A stretch of DNA of 30,334 nt from Chlamydiia bacterium (GTDB lineage: Bacteria; Chlamydiota; Chlamydiia; Chlamydiales; Parachlamydiaceae). The notes beneath the pieces are model-generated. The model ran no database searches, was not told where the DNA came from, and was given only the letters and a program-made list of their open reading frames with translations. Of the stretch, positions 27,170 to 30,334 are shown one piece after another; positions within the stretch are counted from its first letter, which is position 1, and every line of letters begins with the position of its first letter. The translations under genes were made by a program, and so were the position numbers. Location of the stretch: assembly GCA_038257035.1 (NCBI GenBank), contig JBBSJT010000014.1, forward strand, positions 1 through 30,334, in the 5' to 3' direction.

Positions 27170-28252
27170 ATGTCAGATTTTTGTGAATTAACTTATGATG
27201 AATTATTAACTTGGGTAAAAGACCGAGGCGGAAAAGATTTCCAAGCGCGCCAACTACTTGACTGGGTTTATGGAAAATTTGTTTTCGATTGGGAAAAGAT
27301 GACCAATATCAGTAAGGACTTAAAAGCCGAGCTATCTCAATTCTTAAAACTGCCTACAATAGAGCTAGTAAGAGTACAACCCTCCGATGATTTGGAAACT
27401 TACAAATTTTTATGGAAGCTAAGAGAAGGCACCTTTGTTGAATCTGTGTTGATCTGCTCTGACAAAAGACGCACTGTGTGTGTTTCCTCTCAGATCGGGT
27501 GTCCTGCAAAATGTGCCTTTTGTGCATCCGGTAAACAAGGGTTTGTTAGAAACTTAAGACCTGCAGAGATTGTAGAACAAGTTTTACATATAAATCAATG
27601 GCTTGAAAAGAAAAATGAACGCGTTTCCCACATCGTTTATATGGGAATGGGCGAGCCTTTAAAAAATTACGATTCTGTTGTACGTTCCATTCGTATTTTG
27701 AGCGATGAAAAGCTTTTAAATATTTCGGAAAGACGCATGACTGTTTCAACTGTTGGAATTGTTGAAGGCATTAAACGCCTTGCAGGTGAAGGCTTGAAAG
27801 TGAATCTTGTGCTTTCGCTACATGCTCCAAACCAGCATATTCGCCAAAAAATCATTCCTTACGCACGTAAGTATCCACTTGATGATATTATGTCGGCAAT
27901 GGATGATTATTCTAAAAAAACAAAACGCGATATCACGTATGAATATACGATGATTGCCGAAATCAATGATCACCCGGATCATGCTCACGAACTTGCACAC
28001 TTACTTCATGGCAGACAATGCACAGTAAATCTTATTCCTTATAATCCGGTGCCGGGATTAAAATTAAATCGTCCCGATAAAAAAGCGATCAAGAACTTCC
28101 GTACGGTACTTTTTGGCTCTAAAGTTGTCAATACTTGCCGTTACACTAAAGGCGATGATATTGCCGCAGCTTGCGGACAGCTTGCCCTGCAGGAAGTTCA
28201 AAATAAAGAAGCTGTTTTGCCAACAAGTTTAGCTATGGCGAAAGTTTCATAA
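27170..28252 (+). CDS. rlmN: Dual-specificity rRNA/tRNA m2A methyltransferase (radical SAM)
   Basis: CVSSQIGCPAKCAFC, MGMGEPL, SLHAP, VNLIPYNP and DIAAACGQL. Start moved to ATG 27170. Confidence 0.95.
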   Translation: MSDFCELTYDELLTWVKDRGGKDFQARQLLDWVYGKFVFDWEKMTNISKDLKAELSQFLKLPTIELVRVQPSDDLETYKFLWKLREGTFVESVLICSDKRRTVCVSSQIGCPAKCAFCASGKQGFVRNLRPAEIVEQVLHINQWLEKKNERVSHIVYMGMGEPLKNYDSVVRSIRILSDEKLLNISERRMTVSTVGIVEGIKRLAGEGLKVNLVLSLHAPNQHIRQKIIPYARKYPLDDIMSAMDDYSKKTKRDITYEYTMIAEINDHPDHAHELAHLLHGRQCTVNLIPYNPVPGLKLNRPDKKAIKNFRTVLFGSKVVNTCRYTKGDDIAAACGQLALQEVQNKEAVLPTSLAMAKVS

Positions 28253-28344
28253 AATCTTAACATTGCCTTTATTCATGCTTAACGCAGGCTGGTTATATTT
28301 GGTCTTTAACTTGAAGATTTATAACAAATAAAGGAGTGTTTAAG

Positions 28345-28743
28345 ATGAATATGGAAAATATGGTGAATGTGGTTTGTAGTCCGTTTGTAACTGTTGGCGA
28401 ATATATCACAGCTTTCAAAAATGGACAAAAACAAGAACTTATTAAGCTTGAAGAAAAAGCTGTCGTTGTAGAGAAAAAACCGCTTGATGAAAAAGAGGTC
28501 GCCCTCAATAAAATGTGGGAAACTGCAGAAAAAGTTGGCGATGTTGTGGTTGACGTGTTGACTCATCCATTAACAAAAAAATTGATGAAGAGTGTTGTAA
28601 GCCTGGCACTTGATAAGGTTGAGCTTGGAGCGATGGAAAAAGCTGTAGATGTTCTTGGAGATACAGTTCTTCCGGGTGATGTACCAGCTATTAAATTAGC
28701 CTTTATGTTAATCAATGGTCTAAGTAAAATCGCCAAGAATTAG
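28345..28743 (+). CDS. Hypothetical protein
   Basis: AAGGAG SD at 28331-28336 favours ATG 28345. Followed by a terminator-like hairpin. Confidence 0.75.
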   Translation: MNMENMVNVVCSPFVTVGEYITAFKNGQKQELIKLEEKAVVVEKKPLDEKEVALNKMWETAEKVGDVVVDVLTHPLTKKLMKSVVSLALDKVELGAMEKAVDVLGDTVLPGDVPAIKLAFMLINGLSKIAKN

Positions 28744-28744
28744 G

Positions 28745-28783
28745 TTAATTACAAAGCAGGCTTAAGGCCTGCTTTGTAATTAA
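28745..28783. terminator. Rho-independent terminator-like hairpin
   Basis: TTAATTACAAAGCAGGC-TTAAG-GCCTGCTTTGTAATTAA, a perfect 17-bp stem right after the stop codon. Confidence 0.75.
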
Positions 28784-28877
28784 AGAAGATATTAATCTTT
28801 AAAAGTAATATCTATGAAGATAATTTAGAGTTTAGTATAATGAAATTAGTGTAGAATACTCTATATTAGGAGTTTAT

Positions 28878-29318
28878 ATGCAGACCGGCATTGATGATAA
28901 ACGTGATAAATCTTTAACTTTTGCTCCTGTGTCAGACGTTGGCTCCGATCTAAAGTTTTGCGTCCAAGAAAATTCCCTAGAAGAAAAATCTGTTAAATTA
29001 AGTAAAGAATTCTCCTCTGATGAGAAGAAAACCAACGATTGCGTCTCCTCACATTTTCTTAAACCAAAAAACGTTCAACCTGCTAAATCCATCAGCATTC
29101 ATACTATCAAACAAGTCGATGATGACAACAGCTTAAGTTTTCTTTGGCAAGATGCCAAATGGTTTCTTCGCTACACTAAATTGGAAGCAGAAAGTGTATC
29201 GATGGAAGTTAAAACAGCTCGCGAAATTGAAAGCAAAAAAAAGCGTTGGTTTCATCTAAAACAAGCCTTTCAAGAGAGGCTTGAACTTCTTGCATTAAAA
29301 AGAGAAAAAAATCAGTAG
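28878..29318 (+). CDS. Hypothetical protein
   Basis: 146-aa ORF with an AGGAG SD and an upstream TATAAT. Confidence 0.75.
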   Translation: MQTGIDDKRDKSLTFAPVSDVGSDLKFCVQENSLEEKSVKLSKEFSSDEKKTNDCVSSHFLKPKNVQPAKSISIHTIKQVDDDNSLSFLWQDAKWFLRYTKLEAESVSMEVKTAREIESKKKRWFHLKQAFQERLELLALKREKNQ

Positions 29319-29350
29319 ATTATATCTTTTTTTGCCATTATTATTAATTT

Positions 29351-30334
29351 ATGTCTTTTGAAATATCAAAATTAGAACTTTTTCCGAAAGCCCCCGGTGT
29401 TTATTTAATGAAAAATAAGCAGGGGAATGTGCTTTATATTGGAAAAGCCAAAAATATCCAGTCAAGAGTTAAGCAATATTTTGCGATAAGTGGCGATGGC
29501 CGCGAGATGATCCCTTATCTTATTGCAAAAGTTCATTCCATAGAGACAATTGTCGTTTTTTCAGAAAAAGAGGCGCTCCTCCTCGAAAACAATCTAATTA
29601 AGCAGTATAAGCCAACATATAACGCTCTTTTGAAAGATGATAAAAGCTATATGGCTTTAAAAATAGCAAGATCATCTAGATGGCCAAAGGTGGAATTTGT
29701 CAGGTATAGAGGCAAACCAAAGGCCGATGGGCTCTATTTTGGCCCTTATACGAGCGCTTATTCAGCAAGGCAAACACTTGATCTAATCCATAAAATTTTC
29801 CCTTTACGCCAATGTTCTGATCAGGAACTTTTGCGTCGTGTAAGACCCTGCATTCTTTACGAAATGAAGCGATGTGTGGCCCCTTGCGTCAATAAATGTA
29901 CAAAGGTGGAATATGATCTTCTTGTAGACCGAGTCATTCGATTTTTACGGGGCCAAGATAAGGAAGTTTTAAAAGACCTTTACCAAGAAATGGAAAAAGA
30001 ATCAGATCTTTTTGAGTTTGAAAAGGCAGGGGAAATTTTAAAAGTCATTCGCCAGATTGAGCGCACTTTGGAAAGTCAGAGCGTAGATAAACCACTTGGC
30101 GCGGATGTTGATGCATTAGGAATTTTTAGACAAGGCGATGAGATTATCTTAAGTAAGCTTGTTTTTAGACATGGCAGATTGATGGGAGCGCACCAGTTTA
30201 ATTTTGAGAAAATCGTCGAAGATGATCAAGAATTGATGGAATCTTTTTTATTACAGCATTATCAGCAAGCAGGGGAGTCAGAGGAAGCTGATCTACCTCA
30301 TGAAATTTTGCTGCCGGTATTGCTTGATCATGCA
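29351..30334 (+). CDS. uvrC: Excinuclease ABC subunit C (5' part, runs off the window)
   Basis: MSFEISKLELFPKAPGVYLMK...VLYIGKAKNIQSRVKQYF (GIY-YIG), EALLLENNLIK.YKP.YN.LLKDDKSY, YFGPY, and RPCILYEMKRCVAPC. Confidence 0.96.
   Translation, partial: MSFEISKLELFPKAPGVYLMKNKQGNVLYIGKAKNIQSRVKQYFAISGDGREMIPYLIAKVHSIETIVVFSEKEALLLENNLIKQYKPTYNALLKDDKSYMALKIARSSRWPKVEFVRYRGKPKADGLYFGPYTSAYSARQTLDLIHKIFPLRQCSDQELLRRVRPCILYEMKRCVAPCVNKCTKVEYDLLVDRVIRFLRGQDKEVLKDLYQEMEKESDLFEFEKAGEILKVIRQIERTLESQSVDKPLGADVDALGIFRQGDEIILSKLVFRHGRLMGAHQFNFEKIVEDDQELMESFLLQHYQQAGESEEADLPHEILLPVLLDHA

Noticed and set aside
26882..28252. Peptide plus radical SAM enzyme as a RiPP system
   Set aside because: The radical SAM protein has all RlmN signature motifs and is divergently transcribed, and the peptide has a Sec-type signal rather than a RiPP leader.
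4636..28566. Other short ORFs overlapping the F-box, MTase, GNAT, LRR, dnaG, B-paralog, glyQS, rlmN and 28345 genes
   Set aside because: They overlap better-supported genes wholly or mostly and have no recognisable motifs.

Overview
AT-rich bacterial DNA, most likely from an environmental Chlamydiae-type host-associated organism. This is inferred from the fused glyQS and the eukaryote-like F-box, U-box-like, LRR and CaaX proteins. Housekeeping genes (dnaG, glyQS, rlmN, partial uvrC) are interleaved with accessory blocks. (i) 31-4268: a minus-strand cluster of coiled-coil proteins with a mosaic paralog triplet (one copy frameshifted) and a degenerate U-box protein. (ii) About 4.4-12.5 kb: an island of F-box/CaaX proteins, methyltransferases, GNATs and AlaX, with gene modules separated by one GGGAC..GTCCCC palindrome family. 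(iii) A BACK/LRR/Cys-motif/NLS protein. (iv) A second mosaic paralog triplet. The intergenic DNA holds several distinct palindromic element families. Two copies of a triple-hairpin element still carry the C-terminal remnant of an IS200-type Y1 transposase. An IS4-like MITE is inserted, with an 11-bp target duplication, into another triple-hairpin element. Two small ORFs with good Shine-Dalgarno sites are missing from the ORF track. All domain calls come from reading motifs by eye, not from database searches.
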